Notes under the pieces: generated by a model
The model's database searches: none
What the model saw: only the letters and a program-made list of their open reading frames with translations
Told to the model about the DNA's origin: nothing
DNA from: an uncultured Clostridia bacterium
GTDB taxonomy: Bacteria; Bacillota; Clostridia; TANB77; CAG-508
Assembly: GCA_949482135.1 (NCBI GenBank)
Contig: CASYFC010000010.1
Location: 4,264-68,263, forward strand
Direction: 5' to 3'
Length of the DNA stretch: 64,000 bases
Translations under genes and position numbers: made by a program
In this document: in pieces, positions 41,629 to 50,947 of the stretch
How positions within the stretch are numbered: position 1 is the first letter of the stretch
Layout of the letters: each line of letters starts with the position of its first letter

Positions 41629-42006
41629 TTATTGAACATATATCAAACTAACAATTAAGTTAGTAAGAGATTTTGCTGTTATATAATACTCGTCATACTT
41701 AATATTGAAAATTGTTTCAAAGTTTTCTTTTGCTTTTGATGTGTCTTTAAATTTAAAAGCATAATCTATATTAGATTTAATAGTATTTGCCGTTGTATTT
41801 TCCTTTTCAGCTAATTTATTTCTCAAATCTATCAAGCTAATATCATTATAGTTATATTCTTGAATAGCAAGAGTTATAATATCTCTCAAATAAAATGTAC
41901 CTTTACTTGTAGGGCTTAAACCTAGCTCAATAAGTTTAGCTTGTATAAAAGCACGATATGATATTTTTTCTTTATCTTTTGTAAAAACATCATATTTAGT
42001 TTTCAT
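41629..42006 (-). CDS. Spo0A C-terminal DNA-binding-domain-only protein
   Basis: LIELGL....KGTFYLRDII..LAEK..TTANTIKSNIDYA resembles Spo0A effector domain; promoter TTGACT-17-TATAAT at 42076-42048. Confidence 0.75.
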   Translation of the reverse strand: MKTKYDVFTKDKEKISYRAFIQAKLIELGLSPTSKGTFYLRDIITLAIQEYNYNDISLIDLRNKLAEKENTTANTIKSNIDYAFKFKDTSKAKENFETIFNIKYDEYYITAKSLTNLIVSLIYVQ

Positions 42007-42230
42007 ACTTACTAACCTTTCTAATAGATTTAATTACTTATAAATATATTATACTTTCATTATGTAAACAAGTCAAAATATAGCAAATGTGCGTGCTACG
42101 CAACAAATGTTGCACTACACGCACATTTTAGGTTAAAAATGGGTGTTTTTGAGCTGATTTTTATATAAAAAGTTAGAAAAATTAGTAAAAATAGGTAAAA
42201 AGCATAAATTTGTGCGTCCCACGCAACAAA

Positions 42231-42338
42231 TTAAAATATGCAAAGAAAAAGGAGGCTATTACTGCCTCCAAAATCTAGTCTTAGCAACCTCCACCGCCAC
42301 CGTGGAAAAGCAATGACTGTTTTCTTTGATGATTTCAT
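42231..42338 (-). CDS. Small ORF (35 aa as sequenced) in a structured transcript
   Basis: GAAAGGA RBS; MKSSKKTVIAFPRWRWRLLRLDFGGSNSLLFLCIF; promoter 42559-42531; terminator ~42243-42270. Confidence 0.4.
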   Translation of the reverse strand: MKSSKKTVIAFPRWRWRLLRLDFGGSNSLLFLCIF

Positions 42339-42646
42339 CTGTTTGGTTTCCTTTCTATGTAATCTCTATTTCTTGCACATAAATTAGAAAGTCCAAACAA
42401 GTGGAAGTTCTATATATACAATTCGAGCCACTTTGCAGTAGCTCGAATAATAACTTTATGTTACAAACAAGCTACTGCTTGGGCAAAATCGTATATGAAA
42501 AGACTTTACCAAATAGGTATTTATATAAATATTATACCATAAAATGCCTTATAAATCAATTATATCAAGAGTTATACTGATTTTGTGTTGAATATTTTTC
42601 CATATAATAGTATAATAAATTTAATTTATATAAGGGGGTACTCATT

Positions 42647-43351
42647 ATGGCAGAATTTGATAGTAAAGATTTTGGAGAAAGACTAAAAAATTATAGAATA
42701 CAAAAAGGTTTAAGCCAAGAAAATATGGCGATACTTCTTAATAAAAATAGAAGCACTATTGCAAGATACGAAGCAGGAGAAATTTTGCCTGATGTTAGAG
42801 ATATTAGTATAATTTGCGAAGAACTAGGAATATACGAGGCTGACTTATACGGAAATGATACTAATCGAACAAGTCAAAATAATAAATCTAAAAACCCTTT
42901 TGGTACTGATAAATTGTATGTCTATTTCAATGCTTATAATTTTAGGACAAAACAATTTGCACCGGATAAATACATATTAGAATTAGAGCAAAAACAAAAT
43001 ATCTGCAAAGCAAAGTTTGTAGATTATCACGATAAGAGAATATACTCAGAGGGCTACTTAATATGCAATGACGAAATTGTATTTGCTGTAATGGAAAATT
43101 ACAAACCTACAAGCACTCGTGTTGATGTTGCTGTACTTGAAATAAATATTTGCAATGGTACAGACGGCTTAATGCTTGGTGGTTACTTTGGAACAAATGC
43201 AAAATGCGAGCCTAGTTTAAGAAAGTGTTATTTTTCAAAGAAAAATGTTGATTTTAGCAATGAGATGTTTGAACAATTAAAGTTAAATGAAAACGAACAA
43301 GAAATATTAAATAAACAAAATGCTTTATATTTAGATATTTTTAATATATAA
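42647..43351 (+). CDS. XRE-family HTH regulator with C-terminal beta-rich domain
   Basis: FGERLKNYR..KGLSQENMA..RSTIARYEAGEILP. Confidence 0.9.
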   Translation: MAEFDSKDFGERLKNYRIQKGLSQENMAILLNKNRSTIARYEAGEILPDVRDISIICEELGIYEADLYGNDTNRTSQNNKSKNPFGTDKLYVYFNAYNFRTKQFAPDKYILELEQKQNICKAKFVDYHDKRIYSEGYLICNDEIVFAVMENYKPTSTRVDVAVLEINICNGTDGLMLGGYFGTNAKCEPSLRKCYFSKKNVDFSNEMFEQLKLNENEQEILNKQNALYLDIFNI

Positions 43352-43386
43352 TTATAAAGACAAATAGTAATTTGTAGAGGTGTAAT

Positions 43387-43734
43387 ATGTTTAATGAAAT
43401 ATGTATATATGAAGCGAAACTAAACAAACTTGATGAAATTGAAGAACTAATGAAGGAAGTAGCAGAATTTTATTTGAAACAAGATGGAGTTATTGATGTA
43501 CACTATATAAAACGTACTCATCGACAAAAAGATTTTAATGCAGTAAAAAAAGGTGAACTACCTATTAGGCTTACAAGAAATGTAGGTAAGGTTATATATA
43601 TCTTATATTGGGTGCTAGAAAGCGAAGAAGCACATGCAAGAGTGTCTAAACTTGGTGTAGAAAAATTTTATAAACGTTGGAATAGGTGTTTAACGACAAT
43701 GCCTAAAATAATTTTGGGTGAAAATATTGTCTAA
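43387..43734 (+). CDS. Dimeric alpha+beta barrel (ABM-like) protein
   Basis: Ferredoxin-like pattern ..KQDGVIDVH..YILYWVLESEEAH. Confidence 0.5.
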   Translation: MFNEICIYEAKLNKLDEIEELMKEVAEFYLKQDGVIDVHYIKRTHRQKDFNAVKKGELPIRLTRNVGKVIYILYWVLESEEAHARVSKLGVEKFYKRWNRCLTTMPKIILGENIV

Positions 43735-43812
43735 CTAATAAATTACAATTTGTAAAAGAGATGTAAAATGCTTAATATAACATTATATAACATTACATAT
43801 TAGTAAGTTTTT

Positions 43813-43831
43813 TGCACACAATATGCACACA
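43813..43831. repeat. Right-end arm-type repeat
   Basis: TGCACACAATATGCACACA identical to 37006-37024. Confidence 0.8.
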
Positions 43832-44108
43832 AACAATTTCAAAAATGCTTGTAAATAGCATATTACAGCAATTCGAGTTGTATCTACCGCACCAAAAGAA
43901 GTAGTAAATTAAAACTACTTCTTTTTTGTTTATGAAATTAAATATATAAGAGTAATTGAAAAGAACATATAAAAAACAGAAGTGCCTGGGAATTTTCCCA
44001 GGCATTTCTGCTTTTATTCAGGATTTTATAATCTTTTTAGAAAAAGTTGTTTTATTAAAGCGATTTTCTATCCTAAATATGAAATTAAGTGAAGATTTTA
44101 ATTGTTAC

Positions 44109-44648
44109 TTATCGTACATAAGGGAGAAGCAGAATATAGTGCTCACAGTCCTCGGTTTTACCGAAAAAGTAGCCGTAATCAGCAACAGATTTTTTGATAT
44201 TTTCGATTCCGAAAGAAGCCAAAGCTGAGCAGAGCTCCTTAGAACTGTTGAAATTACCACTAACCTTATATTCTCGGTTGTAGATATCTACTGTGACCAG
44301 TTCAAATGGGTCTTCGATACTTTCTTCTTTTGGAATAGAATTAGATTCTTCCTCAGAGCTAGTAGCGGACTCAAGCTGGTTTTCCAGTATAGCATATAAC
44401 TCTTGGTAATGCATTTCAAGTGTTGCCAAGGACATAACAGTGTTTTCTATAAATGTATGGTTGGTTTTCTCGCAATCCTTTGATAGTCTTGTTACTGCTT
44501 CTAACTGAACTTGCATGGTAGAATTACTTGAAGTTAATTTGTCCACTTCAGCTTTGAGGCTAAGATTCATGCTCCAAAGAGCAATACAGCTCACAGTAGA
44601 GAACAGTAGCAGAGATATAGTAGCGATGGTTAAAATCTTCTTTTTCAT
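44109..44648 (-). CDS. Exported or membrane-anchored coiled-coil hypothetical protein
   Basis: MKKKILTIATISLLLF signal/TM; GGAGG RBS before ATG 44648; promoter 44755-44727. Confidence 0.7.
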   Translation of the reverse strand: MKKKILTIATISLLLFSTVSCIALWSMNLSLKAEVDKLTSSNSTMQVQLEAVTRLSKDCEKTNHTFIENTVMSLATLEMHYQELYAILENQLESATSSEEESNSIPKEESIEDPFELVTVDIYNREYKVSGNFNSSKELCSALASFGIENIKKSVADYGYFFGKTEDCEHYILLLPYVR

Positions 44649-44891
44649 GTTTGCATCCTCCAATTATTGATAAATTTAATTGACTGATAGGGAAAATACA
44701 AGATTCTAAAAGAAATCTCACTTATAATTATACTATACTTTACATAAAAAATCAAACTTTCAACAAGAGTGGATATATAGAAAATTAAATTTATTTCTTT
44801 TTCTTTATTAAAATATTAAAAAAATATATTGATACTTATGCTCTTAATGATATAATAAAATTATATAAATTTAAAGAATGGAAAAAATTAT

Positions 44892-47800
44892 ATGGGAGTT
44901 AATTTAGATGGACTTGAAAACGTTCCAAGAGAAGAAAGACAAGTTTTAAGCCAAGAAAAATTTTATGAATATATAAAATCTGTAGAAAGAACTTATTCAG
45001 AATCTATAAATTATTATATAATTTCAGAAGCTATACGAAGAGGTAAAGCAAATTTTGAAAGTATTTATCAAGAATATGTTATAAGTACAAAAGAAGAGTT
45101 AGCAGAAATTCTTGAAAAAGAAGTTGGCTTTAACATTTTAACTTATGATTTAAAAGAATTAATAAAAAATGTACCAGAAGAAATAATTAGTCAAATAGGT
45201 GATTTAGATTCTATAATTGATAGCATCCATGATTATGATGATTATGAAAAAATATCTGATGAAATAGATTTTTCTAATGTAGATGAACTATTTACAAAAA
45301 GATTAATAGATATTGCTACTGAAGTTAGTAAATGTGATTTAAGTCAAATTACTCAAGAATCTTATGCTAGAGCTAAATTTTTAAGATATATTAACTTTCA
45401 AAATACAGGAGCTAAATTAGATTTTGAATATATAAAACAAAATAGAGAAGATTATAAAATATATATAAGTTCTGAAAATTTGAAAGGAACAGAATTAATT
45501 TCATTTGATATTGATTTATATAATAGAACAGAAGAGGAAACTCCAAAGGAAGAATGGCCTTCTTTTATAAAAACTATTCAATTAAATCCCGAGAATTTTG
45601 ATGTATCTCAATATCAAACTGTAATAGATAGCTATAATATTGCAAATAAATGGATTAATAATGAAGTAGGATTATTTTTAGTAAATCAAGAATTACAAAA
45701 AAATAGTAAATGGTTAATAGATTATGCATTTGCCAATATAAAACAAGGTATATTTTTAGCAGAAAATATATGGAGTCAATTAACAAAAGAATCTCAAATT
45801 GAAAATAAAAATTGTTTTAAAAGTATACTAGATTATATTAAAGATTCTGAAAATACATACTTGTGGTCATCAGTATTTAAAACTACTGCTCCTGAGATTA
45901 TGGATGAAAATTCAGAAGATATAAATAAAATATTTACAAATGATGAAGGTATTTTACAGGATTCTTTTTTCTATGTAGCTTTTCCATATTTTAGTAATAA
46001 TTATAAAGAGCAGATGTATAAAGATAGTGAGGATTTGCCTTTTGAAAAAAGAGCTTTAATTTTATCAAAAACAAATCCACAATATATTAATGATAATTTT
46101 ATAGAGTTATTTGATGGACTAATAAATAGTCCGGAAACAAATGTTGGAAGATTTTTTTATACAAATAAATTAATGCAACATTTTACATCTCATGAATTTG
46201 ATGTAGCTAATATGGAACATTTTATGGAGGTTATCAAAGAAGCTTCTATAAATAGTGAATATGATTATTCAACAGCAATAAGTAATATATTTGCTTATTT
46301 AAATTGTAAAAATCAAATAGATTATTATAAAAAAATTATGCAAATAGGAATAGATAATAATATACCTGAGAAAAATATTGCACGCGTTTTCGAAAGTATG
46401 GATTCTCATGTTAAAGAAGAAAACTTTATTGATATATTAGAATTTTCACAAACACTTTCACCTAAGATTGCTCATTATATAAGAGGTTCTGGATATATAA
46501 GAATGGTTCAGAATATGCCAGATAAAAAAAGAGCAGAATTTATAGAGAAAAATTATAAAGATATATTGTTGTCTTTAAGGACTAAATTTACAGATTCAGA
46601 AGTTGGTTTTGAAGATACACTTTCATCATATGAAAGAGAAAAATTTGATAGTAATTATTCAGGAAAATTTGTAGCTATTCTTCTGGCAATGGACAAAAAA
46701 GGAGAGTTAAATTCTGATAATATTAATATAGTTATAGATAATTTGCCAAAACTTGGTGAAGATACTATTAGTAGATTATATAACTCTAATTCAGATATGA
46801 TAAGAGCAAATTCAAGTCAATTAATAACATCAGTATCAGCTTTAGGTAGAGAAGATGCAATTGCATTAATAGAAGATACGGAAAGATTATTTTCAAAAGA
46901 TACAATTCCTGATTTTGTAAAGTTGTATAAATTTTATGAAAACGTTGTAGAGAGGCAAAAACATGTTTTAAGTAATGCAATAAATAAAAAAGAGAATTAT
47001 TCTCCAGAACTACAACAAGCTGGTTCGGAAGAAGCTGGTAAAAGGATTATATTTTCTGATTTATTAAATATTTCTTTAAAATCTAATAATAAGTCTTTAA
47101 AAAAATTTATAGGTTTATTAGAAAAAGGAAATGAAATATATGTTAAATACTTAAATAATGGTAAAGATTTAAGTTCATTAACTGATGAAGAAAAAGATAC
47201 TTTAAGAAAATATTCAGAAACTTTATATACTATTTATGATGAATCTTTAGTTTCAAAATATGATAAAAAAGATCCTAGAAGAAGGATTAAAAATTCTAAA
47301 GATTATATGAAGACATTAGAGGATTTAACTAAAAGATATATAGGTAACGCATTCCCAAAAGATTTATCTAATGAAGTAATAAAAACTGTAATAGGCAGAT
47401 ATGATGAATTAATTGCAGGAAGAAGAACAATTGAAGATTTTAAAAAGTATATGAGAGATGTTAATATAGAATCTAATAAACGTCATGCAAGACTAGAAAA
47501 AACAAAATTAACATTAGAGCCAGGAGATTTAATCAAAGGTGTCCAAAATGCAAACAATTTCTTACAAGATTTATTTTCAAATGGTATTAGAGCTGGAGAA
47601 TTTTTAGGAACAGATACTCATACAGATGCTACACCTCTTGATTCTGATCATTCTATAATATTACCAAATAATGTAGGAGAATCTTTAAGAGATACAATAT
47701 CTAGAACTTCTTCAAACCTTTATGGATCTTTTTATTTAGTAATAAAAAAAGATGAACAAAAGATTAAATATACAAGAAACGACCCCGAATATACTTTTAA

Positions 47801-49217
47801 ATCAGAAAAAGCACCTGAATATCAAAGTAAACTTGGAAAAAATGCTGATAGAGAAGCTATCAAAGCAAGAATTAATAATAGAATTAATGGGTCTTTTGAA
47901 GAACCGAAACTTGAGGCGTTTTCAAGTTATGTAACTGGAATTGATCACTATGGTATAAGAACTGGCATGTCTATTACAGATGTTGATTATATAGTGGTAT
48001 CTAATTATGATAAACGCATAGGATATGAACTTGCTATGAATGGTACATTTATTCCAGTGGTAGATATGTCAACTAACGAGGTTGTTTTTGGAACTCAAGA
48101 TTATAAAAAAATAAGAGAGCAAATGCAAGGTTTATCTTATTTTGGAACAAAAAGATTTGAAGTTGAACAATCAGCATATAATTTACAAGTAGAAAAGAAA
48201 GTGGAGCAATTGTTTCCAGATGGTGATGTTAGAGAATCTATTAGTGAAAAAGATGCTAGAGTGAAAAGAGAAATTATTGAAAGAAAAGTACGTGAATCAA
48301 TACTAGAAAAATTAGGATTAGGATTTGAAAGTAAAATTACAGGAGATATTACTCCAGGATTTATAGAATTTATAGATACAGGCTCAACAGGAAGAGGAAC
48401 TAACCTTCCAGGTGATGGAGATTTTGATTTTTCAGTAAAAATTGATAAATCAATATTTGATAATTCTAAGAAAATGGATGAATTTAGAAGAGTATTAAAA
48501 GATGTACTTGCTATTCCTTCAAATCATGAAGAATGTAAATTAGATGAATTTAATGGTAATTTTAGATATAAAAAAGTACAAATTGAAGGGGCTCCAATAC
48601 CACTAGATATTGATATTACATTTATGCAAAAAAGTGAGGATGTTACATATTCAACAGATATGGCTGTAAAAGATAGACTACAAGGGCTTAAACAAAATGA
48701 TCCAGAAGGGTATAAAAGAGTAATTGCTAATATTGTTATTGCTAAAGAAATGCTAAAAAAAGAAGGTATTTATAAGAAAAAGTCATCAGATGGAGCTACT
48801 CTAGAAGGTGGATTTGGTGGTGTAGGAGTTGAAAATTGGATTTTACAAAATGGAGGATCTTTTGTAAAAGCAATGCAAACATTTTTAGATGCCTCAGAAA
48901 AGGCAGAAAGTTTTAATGAATTTATGGATATATATCCAATATTTGACTTCGGACAAAATCATATGGCAAAGGGATATCAACATGATAGTTTTATAAAAGG
49001 TTTATCTGAATTTGGATATAAAAAAATGCAAGAAAAATTTAAAGAATTTATAGAAGAATTAGCTCCAAATCAAGTTCAAGAAATTACTATGAAAGATTTG
49101 GCACGAAATGCATTAAAACAAGGAATAAGAACAGAAGAATTTAATGAAGCATATAGAAGTATCGCTCAAGAAGAATTGCAATTAGATACAGATAAAGATT
49201 TTATAGGAGGAGAATAA
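44892..49217 (+). CDS. 1441-aa multidomain protein: helical repeats, possible ART-like domain, Pol-beta-superfamily nucleotidyltransferase
   Basis: DTGSTGRGTNLPGDGDFDF, LDIDITF, AKEMLKKEGIY..GGFGGVGVENWILQNGGSF. Confidence 0.8.
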   Translation: MGVNLDGLENVPREERQVLSQEKFYEYIKSVERTYSESINYYIISEAIRRGKANFESIYQEYVISTKEELAEILEKEVGFNILTYDLKELIKNVPEEIISQIGDLDSIIDSIHDYDDYEKISDEIDFSNVDELFTKRLIDIATEVSKCDLSQITQESYARAKFLRYINFQNTGAKLDFEYIKQNREDYKIYISSENLKGTELISFDIDLYNRTEEETPKEEWPSFIKTIQLNPENFDVSQYQTVIDSYNIANKWINNEVGLFLVNQELQKNSKWLIDYAFANIKQGIFLAENIWSQLTKESQIENKNCFKSILDYIKDSENTYLWSSVFKTTAPEIMDENSEDINKIFTNDEGILQDSFFYVAFPYFSNNYKEQMYKDSEDLPFEKRALILSKTNPQYINDNFIELFDGLINSPETNVGRFFYTNKLMQHFTSHEFDVANMEHFMEVIKEASINSEYDYSTAISNIFAYLNCKNQIDYYKKIMQIGIDNNIPEKNIARVFESMDSHVKEENFIDILEFSQTLSPKIAHYIRGSGYIRMVQNMPDKKRAEFIEKNYKDILLSLRTKFTDSEVGFEDTLSSYEREKFDSNYSGKFVAILLAMDKKGELNSDNINIVIDNLPKLGEDTISRLYNSNSDMIRANSSQLITSVSALGREDAIALIEDTERLFSKDTIPDFVKLYKFYENVVERQKHVLSNAINKKENYSPELQQAGSEEAGKRIIFSDLLNISLKSNNKSLKKFIGLLEKGNEIYVKYLNNGKDLSSLTDEEKDTLRKYSETLYTIYDESLVSKYDKKDPRRRIKNSKDYMKTLEDLTKRYIGNAFPKDLSNEVIKTVIGRYDELIAGRRTIEDFKKYMRDVNIESNKRHARLEKTKLTLEPGDLIKGVQNANNFLQDLFSNGIRAGEFLGTDTHTDATPLDSDHSIILPNNVGESLRDTISRTSSNLYGSFYLVIKKDEQKIKYTRNDPEYTFKSEKAPEYQSKLGKNADREAIKARINNRINGSFEEPKLEAFSSYVTGIDHYGIRTGMSITDVDYIVVSNYDKRIGYELAMNGTFIPVVDMSTNEVVFGTQDYKKIREQMQGLSYFGTKRFEVEQSAYNLQVEKKVEQLFPDGDVRESISEKDARVKREIIERKVRESILEKLGLGFESKITGDITPGFIEFIDTGSTGRGTNLPGDGDFDFSVKIDKSIFDNSKKMDEFRRVLKDVLAIPSNHEECKLDEFNGNFRYKKVQIEGAPIPLDIDITFMQKSEDVTYSTDMAVKDRLQGLKQNDPEGYKRVIANIVIAKEMLKKEGIYKKKSSDGATLEGGFGGVGVENWILQNGGSFVKAMQTFLDASEKAESFNEFMDIYPIFDFGQNHMAKGYQHDSFIKGLSEFGYKKMQEKFKEFIEELAPNQVQEITMKDLARNALKQGIRTEEFNEAYRSIAQEELQLDTDKDFIGGE

Positions 49218-49675
49218 TGATAAACTTAAGATATAAAAATGCATATAAAGAAGTATTAGAAATAATAAAATATCTTCCTCCAAAAGATTTTTGTAAAATA
49301 CCTAAAGAGAAAATTGAATACTTTCAAAGAAATCAAAATATAGATTATGATTTTTGTTTGGATGCATCTATTCCATTAGAAAAACAAAAAATTTCAAGGG
49401 AAGCAAATGCAATTATTTTAAATTTATTTAAAGAGTACTTTATAGCTGATAAACAAAAAGTAAACCTTTTAAAATTATTAGATATTAATGAAAAAGAATA
49501 TAATGAAAAACAGAAAGAAAAGTATAATCCAGATAATATTTTTGATAATAGTGAAAAAATTGATAATGAAAAATCAGATTCTAAAAATTTACCTACTGAA
49601 GTTTATAAAGAAAACATATTTATAAAAATAATTCAATATTTAAAAAGGTTCTTTAATAAAAATAAAGAAAGATGA
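49217..49675 (+). CDS. 152-aa hypothetical protein translationally coupled to the nucleotidyltransferase gene
   Basis: TAATG overlap at 49215-49219; AGGAGG RBS inside upstream gene. Confidence 0.8.
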   Translation: MINLRYKNAYKEVLEIIKYLPPKDFCKIPKEKIEYFQRNQNIDYDFCLDASIPLEKQKISREANAIILNLFKEYFIADKQKVNLLKLLDINEKEYNEKQKEKYNPDNIFDNSEKIDNEKSDSKNLPTEVYKENIFIKIIQYLKRFFNKNKER

Positions 49676-49723
49676 ATTTGATTTCATCTTTCTTTATCTT
49701 TATACAAAAGTTATGAAAATGAT

Positions 49724-49903
49724 TTAAGCATTTTGGTCATCTTGTAAATTTTCTAATGCCACCCTTACAGCCTCTATAACAAATGCAGTGAATGTACATT
49801 CTTTTCCTGTAATTGATTCTTCAACTTGTTCAATTACATCATTAGGAAAACGAATACATTTATTTGTTGTTGATGGTGTTGATGGTATTTTAAATTTTTT
49901 CAT
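49724..49903 (-). CDS. Small ribbon-helix-helix-like DNA-binding protein
   Basis: NKCIRFPNDVIEQVE..FTAFVIEAVRVAL; GGGAGG RBS before ATG 49903. Confidence 0.7.
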   Translation of the reverse strand: MKKFKIPSTPSTTNKCIRFPNDVIEQVEESITGKECTFTAFVIEAVRVALENLQDDQNA

Positions 49904-50172
49904 AATTACATCCCTCCCGAGCATTACATATACATATATATGTATATAGTATAAACGGAAAATCGCAATTTATAAGCATAACATATGCGTTGCCAAACAA
50001 AACAAAATATTGTATACTATTTTATGCACAAAAAAATACGGTAAAGCGATAAGTTGCGAAAAAAATTAAAATAAAATAAATTTATAAATATTTATTATAA
50101 TTATTATTTTTAAAGATATATTTTTATGATATAATTTTTCAAATATCTTAAATTTATTAAGAAGGTGAAAAA

Positions 50173-50877
50173 TTGGAAAGAGTAGATAAAATAATTTCAA
50201 ATCAAACTGATTATACAAGAAGTGATGTAAAAAAATTAATAAAATCAAAAAAGATAATGGTAAATAATATTATAATAGATAAATCAGATATAAAAGTAGA
50301 TATAGAAAAAGATACTATTAGTATAGATGGAATAAATGTTGTTTATAAGAAAAATGTATATCTTATTTTAAATAAACCAGCAGGATATATTTCTGCAACA
50401 GAAGATCGAAAAATGCCAACTGTATTAGATATTGTATCTGGCGACTATGGAAATAGAAATTTATTTCCAGTTGGAAGGTTAGATAAGGATACAACAGGTT
50501 TAATGATTTTGACAGATGATGGCGATTTTGCTCATAAAATTTTGTCGCCTAAAAAGGATTCTAAAAAAATATATATTGCAACAATAGATATTCCTGTTAC
50601 TACAGAAATGAAAATAGGCTTTGAAAAAGGTATAAAACTTATTGATGGAGAATGTAAAACGTCAAAATTAGAAATAATTGATAAATATATTGCTAAAGTC
50701 ACTTTAACAGAAGGGAAATATCATCAAATTAAAAGAATGTTTGGATGTTATGGAGCAAAAGTTACTAAGTTGAAAAGAATACAAATTGGAGATTTTTGTT
50801 TACCTGAAAATTTAACTGAAGGTGATTATAGAGAATTAACACAAGAAGAGCTAAAATTAGTACAAGGAATAAAATAA
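50173..50877 (+). CDS. rsuA: 16S rRNA pseudouridine synthase, RsuA family (TTG start)
   Basis: S4 domain, LNKPAGY, VGRLDKDTTGL, EGKYHQIKRMF. Confidence 0.92.
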   Translation: MERVDKIISNQTDYTRSDVKKLIKSKKIMVNNIIIDKSDIKVDIEKDTISIDGINVVYKKNVYLILNKPAGYISATEDRKMPTVLDIVSGDYGNRNLFPVGRLDKDTTGLMILTDDGDFAHKILSPKKDSKKIYIATIDIPVTTEMKIGFEKGIKLIDGECKTSKLEIIDKYIAKVTLTEGKYHQIKRMFGCYGAKVTKLKRIQIGDFCLPENLTEGDYRELTQEELKLVQGIK

Positions 50878-50947
50878 TTTATTTTGCAGAATAATACTTT
50901 TTATAGAACACAACAAGGTTCTAAATTTTAAATAAGAGGAGCTTTAT

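Larger units (their letters stand above)
36852..43897. mobile_element. ~7.0-kb integrative mobilizable element (tyrosine integrase + MOBV relaxase) inserted at the tRNA-Leu 3' end
   Basis: Direct repeat CCGCACCAAAA at 36852-62 and 43887-97; 19-bp repeat near both ends; int, xis-like, mob and oriT inside. Confidence 0.88.

Noticed and set aside
42480-42512. c-di-GMP-I riboswitch (GGCAAA..GAAA)
   Set aside because: Second GCAAA-led stem is absent; sequence is better explained as a hairpin of the minus-strand transcript
43865-43897. Second tRNA gene
   Set aside because: Only a TTCGAG..CCGCACCA 3' fragment; explained as the element's att site
44892-49675. Canonical CBASS operon
   Set aside because: No recognisable Cap2/Cap3, SAVED, patatin, TIR or TM effector gene adjacent, and the protein is far larger than typical CD-NTases
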